Notes: a model not told the origin generated them from the letters alone. 64,000 bases of DNA from Phoronis australis (GCA_002633005.1 NMRA01000110.1:754079-818078); one strand, 5' to 3'. Numbered from the stretch's first letter, positions 23,851 through 38,930 are shown. Translations and numbers: made by a program.

Positions 23851-26800
23851 GTCTCAATCAATAAACACCATTTGATGACAATAATGATGATATAAATGAT
23901 GATGGAGTGGATGAAGAAACACAATAAGTTATGCTATGTTGCTAAAGAACTTTAAATTTTCAACCTAATAGAAAATATGACAACATTTCATTATGATCAT
24001 GACTCAGACTGACACTGCTCGGTGTCTCGTTGCCTGTGACAGTTGGCAGTGAACTGCAATGTAGGATAATGTTAATTAATTATGACAATTAATGAAATTG
24101 ATGACAGAAAATTTGTTGCATAAGCATTGGAAATGTATGGTGTTCACATGTAGGTTGTGACGTCAAATCTTTATCAAGTTCCAAATGGTTAACAGTTCAG
24201 TTCTTTTTATAGGAGTTCAGAATATAGTAAGTATGTTTTCTGGCCGACAGGAGGCGCTGCTAAAATTTTACTTTTTCACTTTTTTGAGCAATTTTCCGCC
24301 TAATGTCATAATAGTTATAACTTTCCTTGTCCAATAACTTTAAATGAACAAATCCAATCAGATTATCATTCAGTTTTTATCTAGTGCTGTTGTTGAAGAT
24401 TGGTTTTCTGTGTCAAATTTTGTAAAAAGTCAGATTTTTAGGTCAAATTTCTCGAAAACGTGCAAGTCAAACCTTGGGAACTGTTTAGATTCTACTTAAT
24501 GACCTTAAAAAACCAAAATTATATTGCCCCCAAAAAGTGGCCACGGAAGTGATTTTCTAGGCTTCCTAGAGTCGAATGGACTGTGGCCTGTTGTGCGTGG
24601 CGTCATTTTATCATCTTAGTAAAACGCACTTTCTCACATTTCAGTTCGAGTGAGGCACGTGTTGTAAAGATTGTGCGCTGTTCTTTATTTTCAATACCAA
24701 AATTCTATTCACGATGTCAATAACATTATCTTATTTCTACCATATTAAATAACTGTGATCATAGTGTTCTCAAGTGTACAATTAACATTTTTCTAACTTC
24801 AAATAGTCCCATTAATGCAATATGTCAAGTTTGCTAGATTTTGGTATTCTAATTGAAATTATTCAGACTATTGATTAAAGGGTAAATTCATGGATTAAAC
24901 TGTGATTACTTAGAGTTCGTTTCAATTGAAATTGTCACTTTTAACTTAGGCGGATTTAGAGGGGAGGGGCAGGGGCCCCCTCTTGACTGCCGCCAAAAAA
25001 TAAAACAGCAAGAGCGTGAGGAAATATTGAGTATATCAATTAACCCTAAAAAAGCTCTTTAGATATTTCAGAGTTCAACTTTCTTCAGATAAATGTAGCT
25101 TTTCAGATTTTAGGTGTGCTCCCTACAACAGAATCTACAAAAGAGTAGGAAACAACCAGATGACCACCTGGGAGATTATTACTTTTAAGGCCAGGGGATG
25201 CTTTGATTTGCAGTTATAAGAATCAAACACAAGTGCGATTTTATCGCTGATCTATAGACTTAGAGACGGTAAATTCTATCGGACTTTGCCACCATTTCCT
25301 ATCATAGCATGGACATCATTTCGCGTTACTTTTTTGCCATCATCTGAGCCTCTTCTGTGTATGTGATAAGATCTCCTTCAGAAAGAATTACGTTTTACGT
25401 AGGCAAACTGTTGTTTACAGCTTGGTATATTTACATTTTGTTGTCCTCAATCCACTAACTACAGAAATATATCAACTAACCTGGGTGATAATGTCTAATG
25501 GAACAGGCAGTGACAAAACACAAAATGAATTACCAGTTAGTGATTGCAGTTGATGTTAAGTAAACTTAATTGAAGAGCATTTACTTATAGGTACCCTGAG
25601 TACATGCAAAGCTATTTTCTCTTCTCTGAATGAGCTTTAATGTGTTGGAGGAGTATTTTGGTGCTGTCTTGGGACTAAAGTTTCCTGCCTATTTACCCTG
25701 GTTATACATGTATCTCCACTGTCACATATAAATCAGTCTCAGTCCCTATCTGAAGTGGTTGTAGGGCACAACCCACACACAATTACGACATATAACTCAA
25801 CTGTGTATTTGACCTGTTCATGTCAATGTTGTTAACCAAGCATATAAGGAGCGTTTGACTGAAGACTGAACATGTATAGCCAAAACATAGCCTGGGATCG
25901 AACACAATGATGATGGTAGCAAGAAAACGCTGGAAAGTCGCAAATGGATTTCAGCTGTCGTTTTTATTAGTTGGGCACTTATTTTTTATATTATCCTCAT
26001 GAATGAGCTAGGTTGCATTCTAACAAGAAAAAAGAATAGTTTATAAAACTGTGACATCAGCATATTTCTAAGGTGTAAAGTCGGTTTCTTTTTGGGATTC
26101 AGATTGTTACTATTTATACTTGTACGAAAATGGAGAATGGGTTTACTTTGGTCAAATTCGATGTACCTTTTACACATTCAAATGAAAAACTATGAATAAT
26201 GGATAAACAAGATTGCTTGGTTAATAATGTCTAAGATTCTCTTGACAACTGTCTACAACTTGATAAAAAATCTGCCATTATTTCGTGTCTTGTTCTACTC
26301 ACTGGATTTTACTTAAATGAATGTAAAACTATTATATCCAACTGTTATGAAAAAATCATGAAGTTCTCAAAAGTGTATGAATGAAACTGAAAAGCTTGAA
26401 ATAAACCACCAAAGTGTGTCACTGAAAATTACCTTTGTATCTTAGTCCACCTTCACATCAACTTATTATTTTGTAAAATTATAAATATTGGGTGTAGAAA
26501 AAATCGATGTCATGTCATACACTGTTTGACCCATCGGTATAGTACCATGACGATATCAGGTTCACGTAGATTAAACGGCGCAAGAAACCACAGGATACAG
26601 TTGCAAAATTTGTCACATATTGGTCCAGGTCGTTGTCACTGATCTCAAACCTACGTCGGAGTCATTCGTCCAGTGTGTAAACACTTTGGCCACATCTCAA
26701 AAGAGAATAAAGACACAGTAACGAAAAAGAGTATTGCTGCAAAGAAATTGACGAAGGCAGAAAAACATTCTTTAAGAGAATAAAGCTAGTAGAACAAAAA

Positions 26801-27097
26801 CTATAATCAGAAGCAAAATATGAGTACTTTGCGAGAAAAATCGTGTAGTTAATGATTTCCAACGAAATATGTGTTTTGAATTGGTCTAAAAATTTGACAC
26901 TGATATAGCATAAAGTATTATAGCTTTATTCACACTGAGTCTACAAAACTACAACACCAATCGATAACAAATCCAAAATACAAAGCAAGGCCCTCAAGTT
27001 CCGCTGAATGAAATTGTACCACGAAGGCATAATGCAGAGGTTAGAAAGCCCAGTGGGTCATTTGTGGAACACCATGATTCGTGAACCAAAAAAAAAA

Positions 27098-29863
27098 TTA
27101 AAAATCCCAGATATATAGCAAATTTTTAAATTCTGTAAGAATAGTTGAGTATGCCTCTGGCCAAGTGTGCCACGATAATTTTGTCATTGTATTGGCATTA
27201 TTATACGTTCGTTCGAGTTCATGATTGCCTGGATCATTAGTTAGTGCATTGAATAAGTAGTATTTCGCTAACTCATATCTCTTCGTAAAAAAGTAACTAT
27301 ACCCTATACCTTCAAAAATTAAACTTTTACATTGGGATGTCAGGAAGAGATATTTCGTGCCTGGCTGACAACCTTTTGTGGCACAAATCCTCCTTGAAAG
27401 TTTCATGAAATCGTTTCTAATTGTACTTGATCGTATAAGCTTCGGAGCCGGTAAACTGTTTTCATCATTTAGTTCATGAAGTGTTAAGTTCAGTAACTCC
27501 ACTGAGTACTTTAGAGAATCATCGAAATTTTGTTCATCATGGTAAATTTTTGCCATGACTTTTAACGTTTGTTTAAGGACAAGAAAGTCGGCTCTGTCAT
27601 TACGCTAAATGCAGGGATACAATTTATCTCGTGACCAATGAAGATATCGCAATATAACACCATTTCTTTCTCTTCCGTTTGTAGAACGAGTCTCGGTTAT
27701 CATCTGGGCTATATCAAGAGTTGGACAAACCATTTCCACCGACGACACAAGAACATCAGAATGCAACGATAATGCTTTGTCGACGTCTTCTAACAAAAAA
27801 CTAAGGAGCATAATCTGTCGGGATATTAGGGTAAGACGAATTTCTGTGTATGGAAAATCTGCTTCGGGGAACAAACATATTAATGTTAGCATCCTCATCG
27901 CTTGTAATAGTTAGTCATATTGCCTTTCACTGAACTCTGAAGGTGATTCAGGGAGCTTGCTTTTGAGTTCTTCATACCACGCATAGATACAAACATCCAT
28001 TTCACTTATTTTTACAATCTTGGGGGAAAGACATCTCGTGAGCTCGTGGTAACCCAGGCTTGGACCTACCGTGGCTATGTTCACCAAACACAGGAAAGTG
28101 TACGGATCAGTGACGTCATAGGAAATTTGCTTTTCTTGATCGTAAAGGTATCCACAGAAAACCCCACAACCCTGATGCTTTCTTGTTTTGGCGGCCCATG
28201 TGTTCTCAAGTTGCAGGACAAACTTAAGGGCATTTTCGAACGATAGCAGTCGCATCTCTATTAAACCTTCTATGTATTGGCTGCAGATATAGAAACGTAC
28301 AAACGCGGTTATGAATCGAAAATTCTTATAATATGTAGTTGATGAAAGGGACGATTGTACCGAAATATCTAAAGAGCAACAGTTTGCTTTCTTGAACGAA
28401 CGATGCCTTTTTTGGTCGAGGCCAGACGTCCTGTGGTTGCACGCTCTTGAGTTCATTTTGCTGCGACTTATGGGTGTACATCACAAGGCGTAAATGTTTT
28501 ACTATGGATATTGCAACTTCTAAGTTGTGTGCGGATTGCTCAGCAATAATTCCCTCTGTGACCATTTCATCCAAAATGTCCCACGGAGTACTGCTGTTTA
28601 GAAAATAAACAGTTTTAAGCAAACTGATTACAAGGCTGGGTAACCTGAACATCCCTTCTTTAATGTCGGAGACATCCCCGTCACCAACGAAACTCAGGTG
28701 TGGTAAATATCTTTTAACCACGTTCGTCATGCCATGGTGCGCTTTAGACCTCGCTGCTGTCCGTTTCGTCAGTTTTCGTCTATTGGACTTTAACTCTTTA
28801 ATTAAACTATTCGCCCCTTTGCTTCCACCGATTTTGACGACAGTTTTCGTCTATTGGACTTAAATTCTTCAATCAGTCTATCCGCTCCTTTTCTCCCGCC
28901 AATTTTAATTACAGATGCTAACATGCTATCAATATCATAACCTTCCTTCAGAGCTGTATTGTATTCACAGAGCTGCGCCATATATTGAGGTGTTCTGAGT
29001 TAACTCTATTCCTTTCCTCATTGGTTTATCAGGACGACCAAGCGGTGTGTGGCAGGCATGTGGCGCTGTCGAACTGGAAACCACGGGGGGTCATTACATC
29101 TTTGAACCAGTTTCCTCCAGGTTTGTCGTTGTCGTTCAGTGATTTGATTTGCATAGGTTTCAAAACAGTTTCTCTTAAATTCAAAACAAATAAATTCGCC
29201 ATTCCCACCAAATTCCTAAAATATTCAATGTTACTTTCATTTTCAACCAGAATGCACCACTCAATATCGGAATACGTTGTCGTTTCACCTCTAGCCAGAG
29301 AGCCTAACCCTAAAACTGCAAACTGTTGAGGAGGTGTTCCCAGTATCCGTATTGATGTAAAAATCAGACTCCAGAAAAAGTTTCTCACCTTGTGACTAAC
29401 GTCTTTGAAAAATTGCCTTGTCTCACGAACGTATTCTTTTTCAGTGTCTATTCGCTTGTTGTCTGACCGATTTGCATTAAATTTAGCCTGAATTTCTGCC
29501 ATTAGCACGTTCGCGCTTTGAGACGTCGTCTCTCTGATATTAGTTAGATTAAATCGAACGTTGGAAATGTCATTAAAAGGTGTTTTTTCGCATTTTAGTA
29601 ACAGTATCTCGCAAAAGGTAACTTCATTTCTTTTGATTACCACTTCATTATTTAATATTCTTTGATCGCTTGGTTCGCAAAATAGCGGCATTGTAGAGCG
29701 CAAATGCTTTAGTGAAATCGCCACGGATCTTGGTCATCGTACCCCTCTCTGCATAAATGTCACCCATTTTTCAGCAGCCTACTGTCCAAATCGTCTCTCG
29801 ATCCATTGAAGAGAGTCTCAGCAAGGAGTTCTTTTTCCATCGCCAGGTCTGTCAGCCGCTTCT
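27098..29863 (-). pseudogene. NTase-TPR paralog C, multiply frameshifted
   Basis: ORF pieces 29029..29724, 28326..28730, 27911..28456, 27605..27898 and 27098..27556 are colinear with copy D. The catalytic motif GSLARGETTTYSDIE is intact, and the same splice acceptor sits at 29864-29865. It has several indels, an internal 71-bp duplication and a C-terminal deletion. Confidence 0.92.
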
Positions 29864-31139
29864 CTACAAAACGTTGTCAGTCCATCAATAGATAACTTGC
29901 ACAAAAATGTGTTTCACATCAATTTATTCATTTTATACCGAATAATGTTTTAGCCGAAGAAATAATTCCTCCTGTGAATTATAATCTATGTTATTCAACA
30001 ACACAAAATACGTCCCAAAAATTATTCCGTCTCTAGGCAGATCATTATGGGAATTGAGAGGTACAGAAAGACTAAAAAGTAATTTATTTTGATAAGATTA
30101 ACCAGTTATTTCAAGGCTGATTGTGATATCAACTGCAGACAGTATATCTATCCCTACAGATCTTTAAATTGGCTTTGATAGCACAAACTAATTTCTGTCA
30201 TATCAAGGATAATTTAAAGACGAGTTTATCACAATTAATCGAACTATTTTGCGATTCCAGTGTTCAGTACATAAATAAGGAGAAAGTTTAGAGGTACATG
30301 TAGTTTGAAAACAATAGATTACATTTATTCCAAAATTTTCACAAGGAGGAATGCAATGATTAAGATTTTTTTACTTTGAATCACAACATTACCGAAGATA
30401 ATAACCATGCACTACTTGTCGAAGAATATCAATTGAAGTCATAGGAAAATCACTCACAATATATGCTTCTTAACACTTCAAGGTGGACCACAAAATGCAT
30501 ATTCTTACCGGGAGTTTCCTGATGAAACGCCAATGAGTGTTTATTCGGAAAATTATGCCGAATAAAGGCCCATGGGCTTTCATTTAGTTTTACAACTTCT
30601 GGTGTCAAGTGTCCACATAGCAGGACGTTTATTCGGAAAATTTCCTCTTAAAAGCCCACTAAGTGTCAACGTTTAATCACAAGTTCAGTTTTATGGAACA
30701 TTCATTTGTAAAAACGAACACAGTGTTGGCGAACTATGAATTTATTAACATAAAAATTAAAAGCTCATATTGAAGTAAAACATGTCAAATCAAAATCGGG
30801 AAACCTATGACTTTCCGTTTACACGCCCCATTTTACAATCAAACTCCAAGGCGTTTATTTGTGTTACTAAAACGTATATGATTTTTCATTTTCCGAATAC
30901 ATGCCCATAGGTTTATCTACGGAAAATCCGTGTGACAGCGAACAATATGTCCCTTTGATGTGGCTTTCTGACATGTTCATACACTAATTTTGAGAGTAGG
31001 TGTCGTAAAAAGAGAGTGTACTTGAAATCGCTAGCACCTAATGCACTTGGAATGTGCGTGGCCTTTAGATTTTGACGAAATTTCACCCATGTAATCAATG
31101 TGAGATTCATGTAGGATTCTCTATATGAACAACTAGAGT

Positions 31140-32500
31140 ATGTGTACAATATTTACAACAATGATTATGCAGCACAGACGCATAATAGAGATTTAAGACC
31201 TGACATCTGGTATAAAGTTGACAGTTACAGTTAGTGAGGAGACGTAAGACATGATCAGGTGAGACATAATACCTAAGGGTCCGTGCTTAATCTAATGTAG
31301 TTAGGTAAGCTATTCCAAAACAATGCTCCCTGGCAGGAAATGAAATTATAACCATACGAAAAGGTGTAGACAGTTAACATGTTTTCTGAGCAAAAACTGT
31401 AGTGTTTCAGTATTGATACGAACTTGTGAGACAGTGTCCATTTTGTGAAACATATTTAAACTCTTTAATTGCCAGAGATTTGAGCCCTGCAACTGATAAG
31501 GGGAAGTGAGTCTGTCCTTCTTAAAAATTCAAAGTGAGATGATTCAGTCATCAAATATACATCAAAGAGCCCGATGTTGGATCTTTTCTATGTTTTTTCT
31601 CATCTGTAAATTACTGGTACCAAACAATGATAAAAACATGAGCCTACAAAAGCATGGTATAAGGTTAATTTGCTGTCAGTGTCTAGTAGATATCGAAGTC
31701 TGAAAAGCTGATTTACTTGGCTGGAGACCATCTGACAGATAACGTTCACATGGTTTTATAATTTAAGATGACGGTAAAGATGAAGCCCAAGTAGTTTGAC
31801 CGAGTTTTCACATTTAATTCTCAATCAACAACCAATAAAACGTTTTCAGCATCATTTAACATGCCCTTTTTGGAAAAGATAATGGACTTCTAAGTGAGTA
31901 AACACTTTTCAGTGTTTGCTGCCATATTGTTTGCTGTAAATCAACGAGTGGCCACACGAAACGTGGAGCACTCAGATTTTGTCTTGTATTATTTAAAGAG
32001 ATATTCATATCAAGAATAGTGTTAGCCTCAACATAGTTATACATAGAAGAGGTCATTTATAAAATATTAAATAACATAGACCCCAGGACAGACCCTTGGG
32101 GAACCCCTTTAGAGAACTCGGACCATGAGGTGACTGAGCATCCTATTTCGACCCTCGTGTCTATTTGCTAAATAAGATTTTAAAAATGAGCATACATTAT
32201 CGGAACAACCATAACCTCTGAGATTAGCAATCAATAAAGTATATGAGGTACAGTCAAAGGCTTTGGACAGGTCAACTAACATTCAACCTAATATGTGATT
32301 TCGGTCCAAGGCCATGTCTTTAGGCGCAAAACAACATCTCGGTATGAGAAACCCTTTCTAAAAGCGCACAGTTGACTACACAGAATACTGTCAAAGAGAA
32401 GTTTCAACTAAGCTTTTCAAATATCTGGTTAACAGTGAGCAAAACACTTGAGCTGTCCTGTAACATATTTATCACCTTTTTGAAAACTGGGCTAACTGAG
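31140..32500 (-). mobile_element. Heavily decayed non-LTR retrotransposon (RT fragment)
   Basis: The minus strand encodes VDLSKAFDC and GVPQGSVLG (32081-32107) amid many stops. Paralogous to 52330-53700. Confidence 0.8.
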
Positions 32501-33829
32501 GTTTCAGTTACCTAATATGAAATAAATCCATGAAATAAATAAATAATTTTTTTTTCCAGAATCCATTCGGGGGTTCGGTCTGACGAGCAAAATCCTGGCT
32601 AATTAATAGTCATCTGCCCTGCACACCTCTTCCTTAACTCAAAATCCTGGATCCGACCAGGTTTTTCTCAAGTTAATTTTGAAGAAGAATTATTTATTTC
32701 CACGTTTCCCGCCAAATGATGTAATGGGTGGACACATCAGTTGTAATGGGGAACACAGCATATCAGAGGACGAGGACCTGACGATTTTGAGAGAGAACTG
32801 GGAAATTAGTATGCACTGAAGGAGAAGAGAGTGGATACGGGCATAACTCTCAAGCACTTGAAGAACATCAGACAATATTAGCTACACCTTATACGCATAG
32901 CTTCCTAATAACAATGAAACAGCAAGTGAAATCAGAACATCTTATATCTTTGTAATGCATATTTTTAAAGAATTTTACGTCTCACTTGTGTCTTGACTAT
33001 GAAACTACACTGAACTTGACAACTGCAGCTATACCATTCAAATACATGTACACATATGTTACCTCAAATGATTCATTTTCATCTACTGATCTAGTCATCC
33101 CGACAAGTGTGAGTCAGTTCATGAGTTCAATTCGCTTTTTAAGTTATTTCAACTTTAATCACCATTGCCGTTCATGCTAAAATTGGCCAATCGAGTATAG
33201 TATTGACTTAGAACCCTATTTGACTCGGGCGGCGTCATGTGCAATAAGACAATGTAATTGGCAATATCCTTTCACCCAAAGTACAGTATTCATGTTCTAC
33301 ATATGTACAAATTGTCTACCACGTTGGCTCTTACCTATTTGTATTAATATCACATCTGTAGTACGCCTATCCACTTCACTTTTTAATATTACTCAATCAT
33401 CAGTTTGCTATTTACAAAATTTAGCCTAAGTTAATGTAATTAAATTAGTAGTGGCATTTTCATGCCTACCCAAGTGTTTACCCCCCAGTGTTCATTGCTT
33501 TTGTCCAAGCTTACTTAATTACTTTTAGTCTATTCACACGCCTGTATATATTTATTTTTTCTGTTGTTAGATAAGCATGCTAAGTATGAACTGTATGAAT
33601 CTATTAGGTTTTAAGTACACACATAACTAATTACAATTGTCCGGGTGTCTGGAAAACAAAAATACCCCATTGCTTTTCGCCTATTACGCTCGACCTCACT
33701 TTTCTACTAGGAAAACGACCCCGAACTGCGCACTTACGTAATGTTTACTACGCAATTAAGAACTCACGTTGTGATATCAGAGTTATCATTGAGCAAAGCC
33801 TTTTGACTGCTGCGCACTGACATAACCAC

Positions 33830-36520
33830 ATTTAACTGGACTGAAATCAAATACTGAGCAAAAGTGACATAAATGTCACAGTCTCAACATTCACTCAGTC
33901 ACTCAACGACATACTAAATAATAATATCCCATCAACCATGAAAACAATAAAAAACAAGAACAAACCGTGGTTTAACAGTAACATTAAGTATGAAATAAAT
34001 AAAAGAAACAAACTGTACAAATCGTTCAGAAAATCAAATAACCCGTGCACGTTTAAGTGCTACAAAGAGCAGTGCAAGAGTGTGGAAAAACTAATTAAAA
34101 AGACGAAACAAGAGTACAACAATGTCGCCAAAAATTCAAAGGAATATTGGGATATAATAAACAAAATTCGAGGACAGGTAAAGCAATCTTCATAGCCCAC
34201 CATCCACTCAAAGGAATCCAACACTGAGGCGTCATCCAAAGCTGAAAAAGTAAGTCATTTTTAGAATACTTCACCGCCAAGAGTCACGTTGCGCCAACAA
34301 CAAGCTTTCCCGAATTCCCAAACAGAACATTACAACACCTCTCTGACATACAAGCCCAATCATCTGAAGTCCGAAAACTACCAGAAAATATTGACGAAAA
34401 CAAAAACGACGGTACCAATCTCATAACCAATAAAATGATCAAGCTAATAGCAAGAGAGCTTACAGTTCCTTTGACAACATTATATAACAAAATACTACAA
34501 TCTGGAAAATTTCCTTTGAACTGGAAACTTGGTGTTACGATACCAATACACAAAAAGAACTCCAAAACAGACATTGCCAACTATCGCCCCATAACTCTAC
34601 TTATACTTAACACCCTATCCAAAATTTTAGAAGAAATAATTTCTCAACACATGTTTGACCACCTCTCTTCACAAAACCTCATATATCGTCGCCAATTCGG
34701 ATTTATGAATGGTAACAGCACTGTGTCTCAACTTACATAAATTGTACACGACATCCACCTCCAGTTTGAGCAAGGGTACAACGTGAGATCCGTATTTTTA
34801 GACATTGCGTCAGCTTTTGATGTCGTTCCCCATGATCTGCTTCTACATAAATTACAATCTTACGGTTTTTCCGGAACTCTCTTCTCACTTTTAAAATCAT
34901 ATCTGGAATGTCGAACTTACAAAGTCCGAATAGAGGGTATCTTAGTCACGCTCATCAACGCCAGGTTTCGTAAATGCTGGTGTACCACAGGGTAGCGTAC
35001 TAGTCCCCTTACTCTTTTTATTGTACATCAATGATCTTCCAGACACAACAAACCCTAAAACATTCTTATATGCTGATGGCACTGCAATTTTCTACCCATT
35101 CTCAAAAGAGAATCCCCATGACTCATTACAATTGCAAACTGACCTAAACAAACTCTATGACTGGTCTTGAAAATGGATGATGAAATTTAAACCTGAAAAA
35201 GTGTTGATCTTACATTTTCTAAGTCTGATAATACTCAATTTCAAACAAATCCAATGCTGGAATTATCACTCATTGGGGAAGTTATTCCCAATAAGTTCAA
35301 ACACAAACACCTTGGATTGCTACTAGACCACAAGCTTACATTTACTCCTCACTGTCGTGAACTCGTTCACAAAGTACAAAAATTAATCAATCCAATTAGA
35401 ATTGTTGCTCGTCACCTCAACTCCATGCATCTTGAAACTCTGTTCAAGTCTTTTTTTCTTCCACATCTAGATTACTGTGACATTATCTACCAATCGGCAA
35501 ACGCTGGCATACTTCAATTATATAGAAAGACTACAATACCAAGCAGTTTTAGCCATAACAGGAGCATACAAAGGATCCAACACAATCAAGGTTCTAAACA
35601 GTCTCAACTGGAGCAAACTAGCAACCCGTCGTAAACTCCACTTGTCCATGTATGCATTCAAAATCTTAACCAACAAAAACAATTACTCATACAGAATCCT
35701 CTTTGACTCCTGCAAAAAACCTAACAAGAGACCAGGACTGCGGCAAAGTAATATGCACACCATTCCATCTTCCCTCAGCCAGGCCTTTAGGAAATCTACC
35801 ATATTAACTTGTATTGACAATTGGAATTCCTTACCATCCAAAATAAAAGAAAGCACTTCAATCGTCACTCTAAAAAATAACTTTGCCAGTCCCATTGACA
35901 TCGTTCCAACTTCCTCGCATCCACGAAATAATCCTATACAGATCAAGATGCGGCCTATTCCTAAACAACGAGAAATTTAGACATAATTTTAATAATATTT
36001 CGCCTCTGTGTTGCTGTGTAGATGCGCAGACAAATGCTCACGTTTTCTTTGCTTGTGAGGTATGCAAGGAGCAGAGGGTACAGTTTTTCCAGACACTCGA
36101 ACAATACCCCAATATTTATAAAAAATATTCTGAAATTCCTCAAGTGTACAACAAAATTAATTTTTTTCTGTATGGAAATCAAGAACTCAACCCAAATGAA
36201 AATAAGGTTTTATTCGTAATAGTATCAAAATTTCTTTATAATATTAAATCTCTTTGTGTGAGTGGATAGAATTGTACAAATGTATATGAAAATGATTTAT
36301 TTACTTTCGTAATCATATGTCATTGTAATCTTAACAGTTTTTTTAATTTATATATTTGTGTAAAATAATTGTATACAGATTTCTTTTTTATGTATTTGTG
36401 CAAAATAGTTATATATAGATTTCTTTGTACTTTTGTAACCCAGATATAATGCCTCTTGGCGCTTTCTGGGTTAGTGTATATTTATTGTATCGAAGATTTC
36501 GTAATAAACTTTATAAAAAA
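33830..36520 (+). mobile_element. 5'-truncated LINE (CR1/L2-like group) with broken RT ORF
   Basis: [55 protein letters not shown], and a C-terminal C-x-C..H..C motif. A-rich end at ~36515. Confidence 0.92.
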
Positions 36521-37099
36521 AGAATCAGACAATGAATTCAATTTCCCACGTAGGGAACTTTCGGCGACTTTCAGGCCACCGGCCCATACGGTATGAGCTC
36601 GACCCACTAGCACAAGAAATGCTGCAGACACTTGGGTATGGTGTAATTAGTTGAAATGCATGTTCTACTTCATCTACCTAATTTTACCTACCCGTTACTT
36701 AGGGAATTCCCGCAAGTGGTGTAACGAATAGTGGGAATATTTGAATAAGTGGCAATGCGTGTTTGGAGTCTCTAAAATTTGTGAGCCAGTTGATGATGTC
36801 ATGTACGTTATCTTCCAGCCCACAGGTGGCGCAGTGATTAGTGGAAATAGTTGAATTAGTTGAAGTGAGCGTTTTGTGTCTCTGAAGTTAAGAACCTGTT
36901 GCTGACGTCTTCGTCCATATATGGAGCATACGTAGCTTGTCATATTTGAATTTGCTTGGAACTTAACGCTGACTTCTTACCTGGGTATGAAGTCACCATT
37001 TCATCTTTCATTGCGCTACAGGCTTTAGCACCTCCTAGTGCCAGTATTTATAAGAGTAAGAAAAAAGTAACATGGCCCGGGGGCGTTGCAATTAGTTGA

Positions 37100-38930
37100 A
37101 CTACAGCTTCCTATTAATCTATTAGTAGGTCCCTACCAAAGATCTGCACTTGAAGACTACCAAAGCGAGACACTTTCGAATTATGTTAAAGAGCAAGTTT
37201 TCAAACGCGTCTTATTTGTAGGTCCCTATCTCCTTCGGCGTCAAAGCGTAAGGTCAAAGTCACAGACTTCCCAAAATTTCCAAATTTGATCCTCCGCTGC
37301 TATCTTATTAGGCTCGCCGGAAGAGTTGACTCACGCATTTGGAGTGAGTAAGTAAAGGGCTATTCTACAAAGAAAGAAGTTTTGAAATCGGAATAAAAAA
37401 TTTAGGCGCGAAAAAGTCTAAGAATGACGTTTTTCAAATTTGATCTTGCCGCGTAACCTTTAATAATCCGATCGAACTCAAACTTGGTGGACTGTAATTT
37501 CTCACACTCTACGTCCATCTGAAAAAGAATTTTTGAAATTGGAGACAAGAAACTTTTTGGCCCCCAAAAAACCCTGTAGGCTTTTTCGGTAGAAAAAAAT
37601 TGTCTTTGATTTTAAAGTTTCAGTTTTTATTTGAAAAGCCAATAATCTTTTAAATGGTCAATCCCCAAGTTTCAGCATGATCGACCTACTAATTAAAGTC
37701 ACTGTGGCACATCAAAGTGACTCACCCAAGGGTCCTTTTTGGAACCAAAATTATTTGTTTTCCATTTCAAAAATTCTTTAAGCACCTGATAGCCCCCTGT
37801 CTCTCCCCCCTAGAAATGTAAATGTCATACTTTTCCTGGCCTTAGTAAGGCCGGCCAGAAGGGCTCCAAAGTGACCTACCTTATCACAATATCAGAAAAG
37901 TTTGTCAAAATGGCGAGACATTTTCGAATTATGCTAAAATGCAATTTTTCAAACGGGTCTTATGTGTGAGCCCCTATCTCATTCGGAGTCAAGGTAAAAA
38001 ATTGTCTTTGATTTTAAAGTTTTTGTTTTATATGAAAAGCCAATCTTTTAAATGGTCCGGCAGTACCCAAGTTTCAGCTTGATCGGCTCACTTATTAAGG
38101 TAACAGTGGCCCAACATGTGACTCACCGAAGGGTCCTTTTTGGAACCAAAATTATTTTGTTTTTGATTTCAAAAATTCTTTATGCACCTAATAGCCCTCT
38201 GTCTCTCCTCTCTAGAAATGTAAGTATCGTACTTTTCCCAGGCTTAGTAAGGGCCTGTGAGGGCCCCAAATCGAACCTCCCCCTGTTCAAAATATCAGAA
38301 AATTTGTTTAAAAAATTAGCTATAGTTTGGGAAGTCATATCCTCATGACCTATGACCTTAAGACTACCAAAGCGAGACATTTTCGAAAGATGAGGTGAAG
38401 TGCAAGTTTTCAAACGCGTCTTATGTGAAGGCCCCTATCTCATTAGGAGTAAAGGTTTAAGGACAAAGTCACAGACTCCCCCCAATTTTCCAAATTTGTT
38501 TCACCGCTTTTACCTTATAAGGGCTCGCCAGAAGTGACAACTAACGCATTTGGAGTGAGTACGTAAAGGGCTATCCAAAAAGAAAGAATTTAGGTGCGAA
38601 GAGGTTTGAAAATGACGTTAATCAACTTTGATCTTGCAGCGTGACCTTATTAATAATCCGATCGAACTCAAACTTGGTGGGCTTTAGTTTCTCAGCACTC
38701 TACATCCATCTGAAAAAGAATTTTTGAAATTAGAGAGAATTTTTTTGGCCTCTAAAAAAACCACGGACTGTAGGCTTAGGGTTTTTTTCGATCGAAAAAC
38801 TTTTTGTCTTTGATTTTAAAGTTTCAGGTTTTATTTGAAAAGCCAATCTTTTAAATGGCCAGTACCCAAGTTTCAGCTTCATCGGCCCACTATTCAAGGT
38901 CACAGTGGCCGACTAAGTGACACACCGGTT
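37100..38930. repeat. Complex internally repetitive non-coding element made of diverged modules
   Basis: Modules such as AAGACTACCAAAGCGAGACA..AAACGCGTCTTAT and TTGTCTTTGATTTTAAAGTTT..CCAAGTTTCAGC recur two or three times. The whole block is duplicated at ~60940-63530. Confidence 0.75.

Noticed and set aside
25855-25900. Second hammerhead-like motif (CTGAAGA...)
   Set aside because: It lacks the GAAA core (reads CAAAA) and has no clear stems.
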